This document shows, piece after piece, positions 33,831 through 48,812 of a stretch of 64,000 nt of DNA; the first letter of the stretch is position 1, and each line of letters opens with the position of its first letter. Under the pieces are notes generated by a model, which was not told the origin of the DNA, ran no database searches, and saw only the letters and a program-made list of their open reading frames with translations. The stretch covers positions 235,540,001 through 235,604,000 of the forward strand of contig NC_086097.1 of the NCBI RefSeq assembly GCF_963921235.1, written 5' to 3'. The stretch is from Mobula hypostoma. Lineage: Eukaryota. Made by a program: the position numbers and the translations under genes.

Positions 33831-33988
33831 CAATCGTGCTGTATTTAAAAAAAAATCACTCTGACCTTTCACTGATTGTAAAGAATTAATGAGATTTCAA
33901 ACTATATCTGTGAAGCTAACAATGTCAACTCTTTTCAACAAGCTCACAACTCAAATTTATTTTAGAAGAAAATGTCTTACTAATCTAA

Positions 33989-36505
33989 ACACGAGGAATT
34001 CTGCAGATGCTGGAAATTCAAGCAACACACATCAAAGTTGCTGGTGAACGCAGCAGGCCAGGCAGCATCTCTAGGAAGAGGGACAGTCGACGTTTCAGGC
34101 CGAGACCATTCGTCAGGACTAACTGAAGGAAGAGCTAGTAAGAGATTTGAAAGTGGGAGGGGAAGGAGGAGATCCAAAATGATAGGAGAAGACAGGAAGG
34201 GGAGGGATGGAGCCAAGAGCTGGACAGGTGATTGGCAAGAAGGATATGAGAGGATCATGGGACAGGAGGCCCAGGGAGAAAGAAAAGGGAGAGGGGGGAA
34301 AACCCAGAGGATGGGCAAGAGGTGTAGTGAGAGGGACAGAGGGAGAAAAAGGAGAGAGAGAGAAAGAATGTGTGTATGTAAATAAATAATGGATGGGGTA
34401 CGAGGGGGAGGTGGGGCATTAGCGGAAGTTTGAGAAGTCAATGTTCATGCTATCAAGTTAGAGGCTACCCAGACGGAATATAAGGTGTTGTTACTCCAAC
34501 CTGAGTGTGGCTTCATCTTTACAGTAGAGGAGGCCATGGATAGACATATCAGAATGGGAATGGGACGTGGAATTAAAGTGTGTGGCCACTGGGAGATCCT
34601 GCTTTCTCTAGTGGACAGAGCGTAGGTGTTCAGCAAAACGATCTCCCAGTCTGCGTCGGGTCTCGCCAATATATAGAAGGCCACATCGGGAGCACCGGAT
34701 GCAGTATATCACCACAGCCGACTCACAGGTGAAGTATCGCCTCTCCTGGAAGGACTGTCTGGGGCCCTGAATGGCAGTAAGGGAGGAAGTGTGAGGGCAT
34801 GTGTAGCACTTGTTCTGCTTACGAGGATAAGTTCCAGAAGGGAGATCGGTGGGGAGGGATGAGGGGAACTAATGGACAAGGGAGTTGCGTAGGGAGCGAT
34901 CCCTGTGGAAAGCAGAGAAAGCGGGGAAGGGAAAGGTGTGCTTAGTGGTGGGATCCCGTTGGAGGTGGCGGAAGTTATGGAGACTAATATGTTGGACCAG
35001 GAGGCTGGTGGGGTGGTAAGTGAGGACAAGGGGAACCCTATTCCTAGTCGGGTGGCAGGAGGATGGAGTGAGAGCAGATATGCGTGAAATGGGGGAGATG
35101 CGTTTGAGAGCAGAGTTGATGGTGGAGGAAGGGAAGCCCCTTTCTTTAAAAAAGGAGGATATCTCCCTCGTCCTGGAATGAAAAGCCTCATCCTGAGAGC
35201 AGATGCAGTGGAGACAGAGGAATTGCGAGAAGGGGATGGCATTTTTGCAAGAGACAGGGTGAGAAGAGGAATAGTCCAGATAGCTGTGAGAGTCAGTAGG
35301 CTTATAGTAGACATTAGTAGATAAGCTGTCTCCAGAGATAGAGACAGAAAGATCTAGAAAGGGGAGGGAGGTGTCGGAAATGGACCAGGTAAACTTGAGG
35401 GCAGGGTGAAAGTTGGAGGCAAAGTTAATGAAGTCAACGAGCTCAGCATGCGTGCAGGAAGCAGCGCCAATGCAGTCGTCGATGTAGCGAAGGAAAAGTG
35501 GGGGACAGATACCAGAATAGGTTTGGAACATAGATTGTTCCACAAAGCCAACAAAAAGGCAGGCATAGCTAGAACCCATACGGGTGCCCATAGCTACACC
35601 TTTAGTTTGGAGGAAGTGGGAGGAGCCAAAGGAGAAATTATTAAGAGTAAGGACTAATTTCACTAGATGGAGCAGAGTGGTGGTAGAGGGGAACTGGTTA
35701 GGTCTGGAATCCAAAAAGAAGTGGAGAGCTTTGAGACTTTCCTGATGGGGGATGGAAGTATATAAGGACTGGACAACCATGGTGAAATTAAAGCGATGGG
35801 GGCCAGGGAACTTAAAATCGTCGAAAAGTTTAAGAGCGCGAGAAGTGTCACGAACATAGGTAGGAAGGGATTGAACAAGGGGGGATAAAACTGTCTCGAG
35901 GTATGCAGGAATGAGTTCAGTGGGGTAGGAGCAAGCTGAGACAATAGGTCGGCCAGGACAGGCAGGTTTGTGGATCTTGGTCACACATTTTAATTCCACG
36001 TCCCATTCCCATTCTGGTATGTCTATCCACGGCCTCCTCTACTGTAAAGATGAAGCCACACTCAGGTTGGAGGAACAACACCTTATATTCCATCTGGGTA
36101 GCCTCCAACCTGATGGCATGAACATTGACTTCTCAAACTTCCACTAATGCCCCACCTTCCCCTCGTACCCCATCCGTTATTTATTTATATACACACATTC
36201 TTTCTCTCTCTCTGTCCTTTTTCTCCCTCTGTCCCTCTCACTATACCCCTTGCCCATCCTCTGGGTTTCCCCCCCTCCCCCTTTTCTTTCTCCCTGGGCC
36301 TCCTGTCCCATGACCCTCTCATATCCCTTTTGCCAATCACCTGTCCAGCTCTTGGCTCCATCCCTCCCCCTCCTGTCTTCTCCTATCATTTTGGATCTCC
36401 CCCTCCCCCTTCCACTTTCAAATCTTTTACTAGCTCTTCCTTCCATTAGTCCTGACGAAGGGTCTCGGCCCAAAACATCGACTGTACCTAGAGATGCTGC
36501 CTGTT
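33989..36505 (-). mobile_element. Mirror copy of the Penelope element (RT ORF 34869..35999)
   Basis: Identical ORFs on the minus strand. Confidence 0.93.
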
Positions 36506-39500
36506 TTACTAATCTAACCAGCTTATTTCCATGATGCTGGGACAGAAGTGTCCTTTCCACTGGAACTTCATTTGACAAAATGTCATGGAAATTTTCCAAA
36601 TTCCATGGTTATATCTTCATAGTCTTCCAGAAAAAAAATCATAAGCAAATGCCATAGATACCAGCACAAAGCAAATTGTAGAAATAAATAGGATAAAAGT
36701 AATAACTTTATTAGAGCATGTTTTACTTCCTTAGTCCATTGACTTTTTCTTCAAACCAACTTCAGATCAACCACAATTATAATGATGTAAACTGTTTTGA
36801 TTGGTGGCTACGGAAGGGACACCCAACACGTTTCTTCTCACTGCTTCCATCAGGAAGAAGACACAGGAGGCTCAGGACCTACAGTAACAGGTTCAGGAAC
36901 AGTTACTATCCCCCAACCATTGGACTGTTGAATGATCATTGAAATATTCCACAACAAATGTGTAAGGGTTTCTTCTTTTATGTTACTGCTAAGGTGAATA
37001 AAGTGGCTTCTCTGTACTGTTAACTGCTGAGACAGTGGTTCTCTATAGCAGGGGTCCCCAACCTCTTTTGCACCGCAGACTGGTTTATTATTGACAATAT
37101 TCTTGTGGACCGGCTGACCCTGGGATGGAAGGGGGGGGGCGGGGGTAGAGTTGACAACGGACAAGAGTAGCAGTCAGATACATTGTGTTTACCCCGAGAA
37201 AGACTACAATGACCATGAATCCTTGCGTGGGCACCATTGCGCATGCGTGTACGTGCGATTTTTTTCTACAAATTGTTTTTGGCAATTCTGTTTTGGGGGG
37301 GGTGGTTGTTAATCACAACAGAAATATAGGTGATAAGTGGCCAGTACACTCAATTTCATTTCCTAAAGGGTTTATAGTAAACACTCAACGCATACTTTCC
37401 TCGCATGAATACAATGATAAGTCAATTATCAGGGGAGCTGGAAGTAAGTGTTGAATGAACTTCCAGTAGAAGTGGTAAAGGCAGTTTTGATATTAACATT
37501 TTAAAGAAAAATTGGATAGGTATATGGACAGGAAAGGAATGGAGGGTTATGGGCTGAATGCAGGTCGGTGGGACTAGGTGAGAGTAGCTTTCGGCACAGA
37601 CTAGAAGGGCCGAGATCACCTATTTCCGTGCTGTAATTGTTATATGGTTATATAAGTCACTTATAAGTCAATAGCATCATAACATTTTAAGTAACGTTTG
37701 GATATTAAACACACAGCGCATATTTTCCCCGTATGAACATATAAAATCATTGCAACACACCAATATCGCTGAATCAGTGGGAGACCTGGGCTTGTTTCCC
37801 TGCAACAAGACCGTCCTGTCGAGGGGTGATGGGAGACAGCGATACTCGAAGGGGGTTCCTTATGTCCAGTCTATTCCGCAATTTAGTTTTCGTTGCATTC
37901 GTTGTAAAGATATGTTGGAAATGGAGGCAACGTTTTCAGTGCTTTCGTGGCTATATCAGGATATTCAGCCTTGACTTTGATCCAGAATGCCAGCAGAGAT
38001 GTTATGTCGAACATACTTTACAGACCGCCGTCATTTGCAAGCTCAAGGAGTTAATCTTCTTCCCACGCTGACATGGATGACGCGCGGGTAATGACCTCAC
38101 GTGCGTTCAAGCTCAACAGTGCGTGACGGAATGAGGAAAGGTGCAGCTGACTCATATCGCCAAATCATATTGTTTCCTCACAGCCCAGTAGCGCATGCTT
38201 TGCGGCCCGATAATGATCCGCAGCCCGGTGGTTGGGGACTGCTGCTCTATAGCAGTATGTTTGGATTATAAATTAGTGATAACGGGATTTGTATTCATTT
38301 GTTAACCAATTGGGATAGATGTTATTCCTTCTGTCTGTGTGAAAGCTGTGAGATGCGCGGGCTTTGGAAAGAAGGTGTGAAGAGGATGAAGAGAGAAAAG
38401 GTGGCTTGAGGAGACGGTTGCCGGACCCGCTGGGCCTGGGCTCGGGGCAGGAGCCCAGGGGTCAACGATGAGCGAAGGAGGATCAGCCACAGGGAATCCG
38501 TGAGCACCAACGTTTGTGCACTGGACATGTTTATGAGATTATTGGCACCTTTTATTTGTTTTCTTTTTCTTTTGTTCTCTACTAACCCCATACGTAAATA
38601 TAAAATCTTAATCGTTTAACCGCTCATTGTGGACTGAATGCTATTTCGGGATACTGATGTTACACAGGGGACACAACACACAGCATCCACCCAAACATGA
38701 TTTCCCAGTTTGGCGGGGCCGAAGGCTGCTCCCCCCAGACGGAAGCGAGCTGAGCGAGCCTGAGGCTTACCAGGGGCTACAAATGGATTCACTTTCAAGA
38801 ACTTTTCATCTCATGTTCTCGATATTTAGAGTTAATTTATTTATTGTTATTATTTCTTTCTTTTTGTATTTGCACAAGTTCTTGTCTTCTGTACTCTGGT
38901 TAAACACCAAAGTTTTTTTTGGGGGGGAGCCGGTCTTTCACTGATTCTGTTTTGGTTATTATTCACTAGATTTATTGAATATGCCCACAATAAATTGAAT
39001 CTCAGGGTTGTATATGGTTTTATATATATATACACTTTAATAATAAATTTACTTTGAACTTTGAAGAGATGGCTAGATGTGCAGGTGAATTTTTACCAAC
39101 ACCTGGCCTTTGGTAAACCTTAAACACAACAGATTTGGCAGGTGCTGGAAACCAAGAGTAACACACTCAAAATGGTGGATGAACTCAGCAAATCTGGCAG
39201 CATCTATGGAAAAGAATAAAGAGTCGGCATTTCAGGCCGAGACCCTTTAACAGAACTCAAGAATTTATCTTGTTTGGGAAATCCGTTCTCTCCATAGGTG
39301 TAACTCTCTCTCTGTTTCAATGTACTTATTTCTCTTCTGTCTCTGAATGCCGTGTTTTAAGTCATTGTAACAGATTTGGTGCCAAAAGTAATTTAGAACT
39401 CCCATGAATACCTGGACAGGCATGTTGATTTCAAGATCACCTTGTCATAACTGTGGACACTGCTGTGGAGCCTGGGTGTTCTCTGTGAAGATGGATGAGT

Positions 39501-41522
39501 CTGACTTGTGATGCTCATTTACTGCATCCCCAAACAGAGTAAGCAGAGGCAAGGCTGTGTCATCACTCCAACCTGTCTTTCATTCTTCCTTCTTTCATTA
39601 GTAGACCTCACCTGCTGCTTCAATGGAATTAATGCATGGTTGCACATTTGGAGGCCAATGCTCAGGACATCAAATGCTGTGCTTGTTCTCCAGTCTCAAT
39701 CTGATAGTATTTAAGAGCTGGGAGATAGTGCTGAAAATTAGCAGGTATTGAGCATAAATAAGAGAACTTACTTACTGCTCGTTATGTCGCTGGCATTTAG
39801 GGCAGTAATGAAGGTCCTCTATCTCTGTCTAGCATTGGCCATTCAGATGTCGAAGGATTTTTCATTGCTTTTTTTGTAATGGTTTTGTTTTACCAGTCAG
39901 GCTTGCTAACCCTGAGCTGAACCCCAGATCTGGAAGACCTGTGGACCACTCATGATCTGACCTCTACCCTTTGACCTAGATGATCTTATTAAGAGCCAAA
40001 GAATAAAGCCCTGACTCCAGCCAACACAGGACCTCACTGAGGTATGTAAGCCTCCAAACCACAACAGGGTTGTGGTCCTCTTGGAGAATATAAAAGAACT
40101 TAAGAGAGGAAAATTGCTTACAGAAACTGAAGAAGTGAACTGAATACTCACTAACTGCATTGAACCACAGAAAAGTTAAAGATCTTTATTTACAGAGGTG
40201 GCTCAGAGATTGAAAGAATACCCACAGCCATTTAATGCTGAAAAGTACTTTAAATATAGCACATGCAGTCATGAGCTGGGAGAACCCATGAATGACTAAA
40301 TTGTCACTTTGGAGTTGAGCCAGGAAAATGAGTATGAAGTTGTAAGATACTTAAACAAGAAATTGGCTTATCAATGATTTATCCTGAAGCTGAAGTATGT
40401 CCTTATATCACCTACACAAATCTTTCTGCTGCACTATTAGAAACAGATTACTATGATAGGCTCAATAGACAGAGAATGATCTTACATCGCTTCAATGTCT
40501 CAAATAAACACAGTGAACTGTGTGGCATTGCTGAACACGCATTCTGCTGTTATCCCAAGGCGAGGGCGTTTTCTGGAGTTAGAGCATATAGCAAATATTA
40601 ATTTAACTAGCAACCAACCTTCAGTCCTGAACATGGATTGTACATTGAATTTAAAATGCAGCCCTGCACAATAGTATTCCAGGTTTTGATTACAAACCAA
40701 ACAATGCTGATCAACATTCACATTGGGTGTCTGGAGTATGGGTACGAAGAAGGAGGTGTTTGAAAACTATATGTAATTCAATAGAGCCATTATAGATATA
40801 TTGTGACAATAAAATTGTCCTACTGTTACCTTTCAAATTTAACATATAAAGTGTCATGTAATATTGGGTCAGACAGCCCTCTTCTTCCAAGAATGTCTCT
40901 TTTTTCCAGAATAAAACACTTCTATATCCATTAGCTTCAACGTCTGTCTGGTAACCTTTTTTAACATTACGACGCATCACAAGAATTGATCTCAGCTATG
41001 TTCTGATAAATTCTCTGGCTGTAGACTATCCACAAGTTGATGTCAATTACACCCTTCTGACTAATCGACCTACGAGCTCTTTAGAATATGGGAGGAAATC
41101 TGAACAGTTATAGGAAATGCACATAGTCACAGGAAGCACCCTTAATAGACAGCGATGGAATTGATCCCAGGTCACAGGTGCTGCAGTCGTGTTACACTAA
41201 CCGCCACATTGTTGTTAGCTTGTCCATATCCATTCTGTGAAGGTGTCTCAGTTGTTCAAGCAAACTGTACACAGGGAATCTGCTACTTCAGAAGCTCTAC
41301 CAATACTCAGCTAGTGTACAAGACTCCTGGTGAAACCTTCATATTTCAGACATCCCACCCTGCAAAATCTCATTTCAGGGAGGTAGCACCACCACCCCAA
41401 CCCCCTGCAACCCCATATCTCCCCCCCCCCATGGACCTCCAAGGGTGTATGTATACAGGACATTTGATTATGAAAGAACACAACAATTTATTTGATCACA
41501 TATTGAAACTATTTACACACAC

Positions 41523-41578
<56 letters not shown>

Positions 41579-43088
41579 TCTTTGTTGAGTGTTCAGTTGG
41601 AAGTCGCAATCCTAATAGCTAAATGCTAATGCAAGTAGCTTTTCTATTTCTTTTGCGAACTTTCCTTGTACCGTGATGTGGCTTGCTTGGCAGATTTGAG
41701 CATTTTGCTGGAAGTCTCAACCTCATAGCGGTCTGTGTCAATGAGTTAATTAATTTTGCAAGACATCAGATTCACAAGATTCACAGTTATGTTATATTAT
41801 CATGGAGTCATTTTTTTATTCTATTACAACTTTAAGCAAGTCTACAGGGAGTTTGGCCTCATCATGTAGGACATCAATAGAGTAGCTCCTTAGCAGCTAG
41901 CCAGCTAGTTTAAAAAATATTAGCTATGCTAATGAATGAATGACACCTGTTAAACTCACCTCAACATGTCTTTTACAGTCATTTAATCCACCATGGGTAA
42001 TAGAAAAGTCACTGTTGCAAACAATGCCGCGAGCAACACTGTCATTATTTTTGACCCTTATTAGGCAGGGGTACACTTTAGTGTAGTCTGGGGTGAAGTA
42101 CGCTTTATAGTTTCTCTTTTTTGGAACACTCTGTCATGGCACTGTAGGACACTAAACTGACCTGATGGACAATGAAAGAGAGAGAGAGGTCGACTGTAAG
42201 GCCTGCCCACAGAGAAAACTGATAGGTCTACGTAGCACAAAGAGAGACCAATCAGGATGCGCTGTCTGTCACTCTCTCTCTACGTCTATCACTCGCTCTC
42301 TCTCTCTCTGTCTCTCTCCCTCTCACTCGCTCGTTCTCAAAAAAATCGATTTCTGGGATATTGTATATAATTTGCGGGTGTTAGGGAGCCGCTATCAATA
42401 TGCGGGAGACTCCCGGAACTCCGAGAGAGGTGGGATGTCTGATATTGACAAGTCCAAGGTATTCAGCAAGTAACTCATCCACAGTCCTTCTCCTGAGAAC
42501 TATTGAAGTGACGACTGAATGACACTGTTTTAAAGAATTTTGGTCAGTGCATAATTAATACCTGTAATTGTAGAACAACTGCAAAACTTCATTGGAACAG
42601 TTGCCTGGCTTAGTCTATGCTTTCAAAGTGAACTCATGGAACTGTTATGCTTTAAATACATTTTGCAAGATTGCCTGAGAAACTTCAGTGACTGAAATCA
42701 GGAAATCAGCAGCAGTAAGTTTCAGAATACGTATGTTCACTCTTCACCAGGCTCCTGAACCAGTATGGATAACCTCATTCGTCTCAAAGATGAACTGATT
42801 CCACAATCTATGGATACACTTCTAAGGATTCTACAACGTGTGCTTAGCATTATTTGTGTACGTATGTATATATGTATTATCATTTCTATGTGTTCTCAGC
42901 TCAAGCTGGTAAAACCTGAGGCATGGTCATAGCCAAGCACATTCATTTCTCACTTGCTAGGACCTTTCAGACTATTCTACTGTTGTTTATTATTGTGACT
43001 TTCTGAAGAATTACATTGATATCACTGTAACACACATCAAAGTTGCTGGTGAACGCAGCAGGCCAGGCGCATCTGTAGGAAGAGGTGC

Positions 43089-43124
43089 AGTCGACGTTTC
43101 AGGCCGAGAACCTTCATCAGGACT
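43089..43124 (-). ncRNA. Minimal hammerhead ribozyme (mirror of 22141)
   Basis: Reverse complement of 22141-22176. Confidence 0.8.
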
Positions 43125-43512
43125 AACTGAAGGAAGAGTGAGTAAGAGATTTGAAAGTTGGAGGGGGAGGGGGAGATCCAAAATGATAGGAGAAGACAGG
43201 AGGGGGAGGGATGGAGCCAAGAGCTGGACAGGTGATAGGCAAAAGGGGATACGAGAGGATCATGGGACAGGAGGTCCGGGAAGAAAGACAAGACGGGGGG
43301 GGACCCAGAGGATGGGCAAGAGGTATATTCAGAGGGACAGAGGGAGAAAAAGGAGAGTGAGAGAAAGAATGTGTGCATAAAAATAAGTAACAGATGGGGT
43401 ACGAGGGGGAGGTGGGACCTTAGCGGAAGTGCCCCTCCTGTCTTCTCCTATCATTTTGGATCTCCCCCTCCCCCTCCAACTTTCAAATCCCTTACTCGCT
43501 CTTCCTTCAGTT

Positions 43513-43548
43513 AGTCCTGACGAAGGGTCTCGGCCTGAAACGTCGACT
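43513..43548 (+). ncRNA. Minimal hammerhead ribozyme (mirror of 21717)
   Basis: AGTCCTGACGAAGGGTCTCGGCCTGAAACGTCGACT. Confidence 0.8.
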
Positions 43549-44707
43549 GCACCTCTTCCTACAGATGCTGCCTGGCCTGCTGCGTTCACCAGCAACTTTG
43601 ATGTGTGTTGCTTGAATTTCCAGCATCTGCAGAATTCCTGTTGTTGATATTACTGTGTAGCCTGAATTGTTTGTAGTATCTTTGGGATGATACAAGTTGT
43701 AAATATCAGGACAATGTACATCTTGTTCATACTCCAAAGTTCTTCAATTTCCTCTTTTAATTCAGCATAGTGTTCTTCTTATTGATTTCTGTGAGTTATG
43801 TGTTCTAGGAATGGCTATGTCTATTAAATAAGTTGTTCTTGCTTGTTTATTCTGTATTATTATATCCAGACATTTATTATGGATTGTCCAATCTGTAATA
43901 TCAGTTATACTGTAATATAATTTGTAGTTTTCTGACTCTAAAAACTGGATCAGGTTTATGTTCACAGTAAGGTGCGATTTCTTTTATGAGTTTGTATTTT
44001 AAAGCAAGATTTTAATGAATTATGTTTGCCACTTGTTTGTACCTGTGAAAGTAATCAGATTGTGTTAAACTGCAATAAGATCCTGTAATGTGTTGAATTG
44101 TTTCTGTTTTTTCTCGGCATTTTCTACATTTATTATTTGAATTTGATGGTCTTTTATGATGTATTGTTGATCATTTTATGTGTTAACCACCTGGTCCTGC
44201 ATTGTCACAAGGAACTCTTCTGTTTCTGTGAGAAGGTCTCCAACTCTGAGCCAGGCATTCACCGCTTCCTCGTTGACATCTAGCCTGCTCAGATCATAGG
44301 GATGCCTTCCATGGAGGGTTATGCTCTTACATTGGTTAACTTTTTCTTCAATAATGATAATTCTTCATTTTTCTGGGTTGTACTCTCATTTAAATTTAGT
44401 GATGCATACTTATCAGAATTGTATATGCTTGCGTGGAGTGCTGATTCTTATTTTCATTGATGAAAGTATATCCTTTTAAGTTTTATCTGACTGTTGTGTA
44501 GATTTTATTGTTTGTTATTTCTCTTCCCCTTTGTTGTTGGTAGTGTTAATCTAAGCACGTCTGAAAGTGCATAATGCTTTCTGAAATTTGTCGTTTCAGC
44601 TCGTATTTTTCTTATCGCCTTGGAAAATACCTTGGTTTATTTTGATAATGGTTGTTGTTCTCTTTTGGTTGTTTTATGCCAGTGCTTCATCAAATGTGGC
44701 AGGAATT

Positions 44708-45439
44708 GCAACGAGACCTGGGTGTCATTATACACCAGTCATTGAAAGTGGGCATGCAGGTACAGCAGGCGGTGAAAAAGGCGAACGGTATGCTGGCATT
44801 TATAGCGAGAGGATTCGAGTACAGGAGCAGGGAGGTACTACTGCAGTTGTACAAGGCCTTGGTGAGACCACACCAGGAGTATTGTGTGCAGTTTTGGTCC
44901 CCTAATCTGAGGAAAGACATCTTTGCCATAGAGGGAGTACAAAGAAGGTTCACCAGATTGATTCCTGGGATGGCAGGACTTTCATATGAAGAAAGACTGG
45001 ATGAATTGGGCTTGTACTCGTTGGAATTTAGAAGATTGAGGGGGGATCTGATTGAAACGTATAAGATCCTAAAGGGATTGGACAGGCTAGATGCGGGAAG
45101 ATTGTTCCCGATGTTGGGGAGGTCCAGAACGAGGGGTCACAGTTTGAGGATAGAGGGGAAGCCTTTTAGGACCGAGGTTAGGAAAAACTTCTTCACACAG
45201 AGAGTGGTGAATCTGTGGAATTCTCTGCCACAGCAAACTGTTGAGGCCAGTTCATTAGCTATGTTTAAAAGGAAGTTAGATATGGCCCTTGTGGCTACAG
45301 GGGTCAGGGGGTATGGAGGGAAGGCTGGGGCGGGGTTCTGAGTTGGATGATCAGCCATGATCATAATAAATGGCGGTGCAGGCTCGAAGGGCCGAATGGC
45401 CTACTCCTGCACCTATTTTCTATGTTTCTATGTTTCTAT
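44708..45439 (+). mobile_element. Mirror copy of the truncated CR1
   Basis: ORF 44652..45341+ is identical to 19924..20613-. Confidence 0.92.
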
Positions 45440-48400
45440 GAATTTCACAAGTATTGGGTGTAGTTTATATATGTTAAGATCTTCTATTAACCATGAGTGT
45501 GGAACAGAGTCAAATGTCTTTTGGTAGTCAATAAAGCTTTTCTGCTAGGATTGATTTAGAATTACGGAATCTATTATCAGTTGTTCTTTATATCCTTTCA
45601 TACCCTTTCAGCATCCTTTCTGCTCTTCTGTAAGTATATTGTGGTTATCTAAGTGAGTAGTAATTAGTTGCGAAATACATGATGTTACAATTCTATATAT
45701 AGTTTTTAAACAAGTAATAGGACAAGATTTTAATGGATCTTTTATGATTCCTCCTTGAGGTAAAAGTTATGCTTTACCTTCTGTCAAAATCGCAGTACTT
45801 TTTCAGGATTTTGAAGAAAATTGTTGACATGCATTAATAGGTACAGATGAAGGCAAGTTAATTTTTTATACCAATAATTATGAATAGTATCATGCCAGCA
45901 CGTTTCTAGTTGTGGGTATTTTTAATTAGCCCTTTCAGCATATCGATTGTGACTTCAGATATTTGCGTTTCTTCAGTTTTGGGTATGTGTGTTCTCTTTC
46001 CTCCCTAATCTAGCTTGCTTCTGGATTACGTGTCACCCTGTTTGACCAAAAGTTCACTATCTCTGTGTTTGTTGGCAACTTTGTACTGGGGTTAATGATA
46101 TTTTACATAGAACATAGGACATAGAAACTGCCTAGAATTTCCCTACCGCAGAGTCCTCTATTTTTCTCAGCTCCATGTACCCATCTAAGAGTCTTTTAAA
46201 AGCCCCTTAGTGTGTTAAATTTAGTTTCAATGTCCGATATAAACTTTTTTCTTTGTTTCTGAACTGATAATTCTGTTTTCTTCGTCTGCTGCATTTCATG
46301 TATCTATTTAGTCTGGCTTACTATTATTATTATTATTATTATTTCCCTTTGTATAGTCTGTCCTCTTTTGCACATTGGTTGCTTCACAATCTTTGTGTGC
46401 AGTGTTTCAATGATTCGATTGCATTTCTTTGTTTTGCTGTGAATGCCTGCAGGAAAATGAACCTCAGGACAGATGTTGATATATATGTACTTTGATAATA
46501 AATTTATATTGAACTCTGAACTGTGAAATTTGATATCAATGGATTCAGTAGCCACCTGGGTTGAGCATAACCTTGAGCAGAGAATGTGTCTGATATTAAT
46601 TAACAAATTTTTTCTTTTATTTGCATAATACTTTGAAACCATGAGTAAGTTGAAATGCTGATGCCCTGGATCTTTTCCCGGCTTTTACGACTTTCAAATT
46701 TGGTGTCAAATCACTCTTCAGATAGACTGGTCTACTGAATGAGTTCATTTGACCAAACTGCTTGCCTTACATATCTTTTCCATCATGGAGAAGAATGCAG
46801 CTGCCGTGATCTGTATTTCAGTCAACTTTCTGTTAACAGTACTATGGTCCTCAACTGCTGTTTTCACACATGGTGGCTTGTAGCACAGATGCTCTACAAA
46901 TTGAACACAACATCATCTGCAGCAGTTATGAAACTGCGCCAGATTGTCTCTGACACATTTTGGAACATAGGCACCCCTGCCTGAGAAGTGACTTGGAGCC
47001 ACTCCAATGTGCCTATTGTCATAACAGGTCAACAGCAAATGGTATTCATTGGCTCTTCAATCAACCTTGGAACATCTGGACAACAACAGTGCATACATCA
47101 GGATGTTCTTCACTGCCTCCAGCTTGGCATTCAATAGTAGCATCTCCTCAGAATTAATTGATAAGCTTCAAGACTTTGGCTTCAATACCACTTTGTACAA
47201 TTGGATCCATTTTTTTCTCATTTACAGACCCCAGTCAGTTTGAAATGGCAACATCAACTCCTTCATAATCTTCATCAGTACAGGTAAACCACAAGGCTGG
47301 GCGCTTAGCTCCCTTCTTTGCTTGCTTTATACTCATGACTTATATTTATGGTTAAGCTCAGCTCCAATGCCATATTTAAATTTGTTGGTCACCCCACTGT
47401 CATTGGCCAGATCAGATGTGGTGATGAATCAGCATATAGGAGGAAGATTGAAAATTTAACAACAACAACTTCTCATTCAATGTCAGCAAAACGAAGGAGC
47501 TGATTATTGATTTCAGGAGGAAGAAACCAGAGGTCCATGAGCCAGTTCTTATCGTTTGATCAGCGATGAAGAAGGTCTGCAACTTTAAATTGCTTGGTGT
47601 TATCATTTAACAGGATCTATTCTTGGTCCAGCATATACAATAAATGCAACTATAAAGATAAACAGCAGCACCTCTACTTTCTTAGAAGTTAATGAAGATT
47701 CATCATGTCATCTAAAACTTTGTCAAACTTCTGTTTATGTGTGGTGGAAAGTATATTGACTGGTTGCATCACAGCCTGGCATGGAAACATCAATGCTTTG
47801 TAATGGAAAAGCCTACAGTTAAGTAATGAATACAGCCCAGTCCATCACGAGTAAAGCACTCTCCATCATTGAGCATGGAGCACTGTCACAGGAAAGGCAC
47901 ATCGATCACTAAGGATCCCAACTGTTCACATCATACTCTCTTCTCACTGCTGCCATCACAAAGAAGTACAGGAGCCTCAGGACCCATGCCACCAGATTCA
48001 GGGACATATATTAACCCTTAACCAACAGACTCTTGAACCAAAGGGGATAATATCATTCGCCCCATCACAGAACTGTTCCCACAACTTATGGACTCACTTT
48101 CAATTACTCTTAACACAATGTTCTCAATATTTAATGTTTATTTATTCATTTATTATGATTATATTTTTATTTTTTTCCTCAGTTCAAGCTGGTAAAACTT
48201 GAGGTACGGATGTAGCCAAGTATACTCATTTCTCAATTGCTTGGAGCATTCAAACTATTCTGATAGTGTTTAGTATTGTGCCATTCTGAAGATTTACTTA
48301 CATATTGTTGTGTAGGCCTAATTGTTTAAGGTTATTGTGTAATGACTGATGATGCCAGTTGTAGATATTACTAATGGGGCAATGTATACCTTGTTCATAT

Positions 48401-48812
48401 TCTATTAACTTTAAATTTCCTGTTTTAGTTCAGCAATCTTCTGCCACTTTTCATTTATTGATTACTTTATGTTGTGTGTGTTTGGCATGGCTATATCAAT
48501 TAAGTAAGTTGTTCTTGATGGATTATCCTGTAATATCCTATCCAGATAGTAATTATAGATTGTCCTATCTGTCATAATGTAATTTGTTGGGCTCTTAAAC
48601 TGGATCAGGCTTGTATTTATACTAAGGTATTGTTTCTTTCATGAGTTTGTATTTTAAAGCAAGATTTTGATGAAAGATGTTTGGCAATTGGTTATGCTTG
48701 TGTAAGTAATAAGATTGAGTTAAACTGCTGCAGGATCCTGTAATGTGTTGGATTATTGCTGGTTTCTCTTGTTATTTTCTACATTTATCGTCTTGAAATT
48801 GTTAGTTTTTTA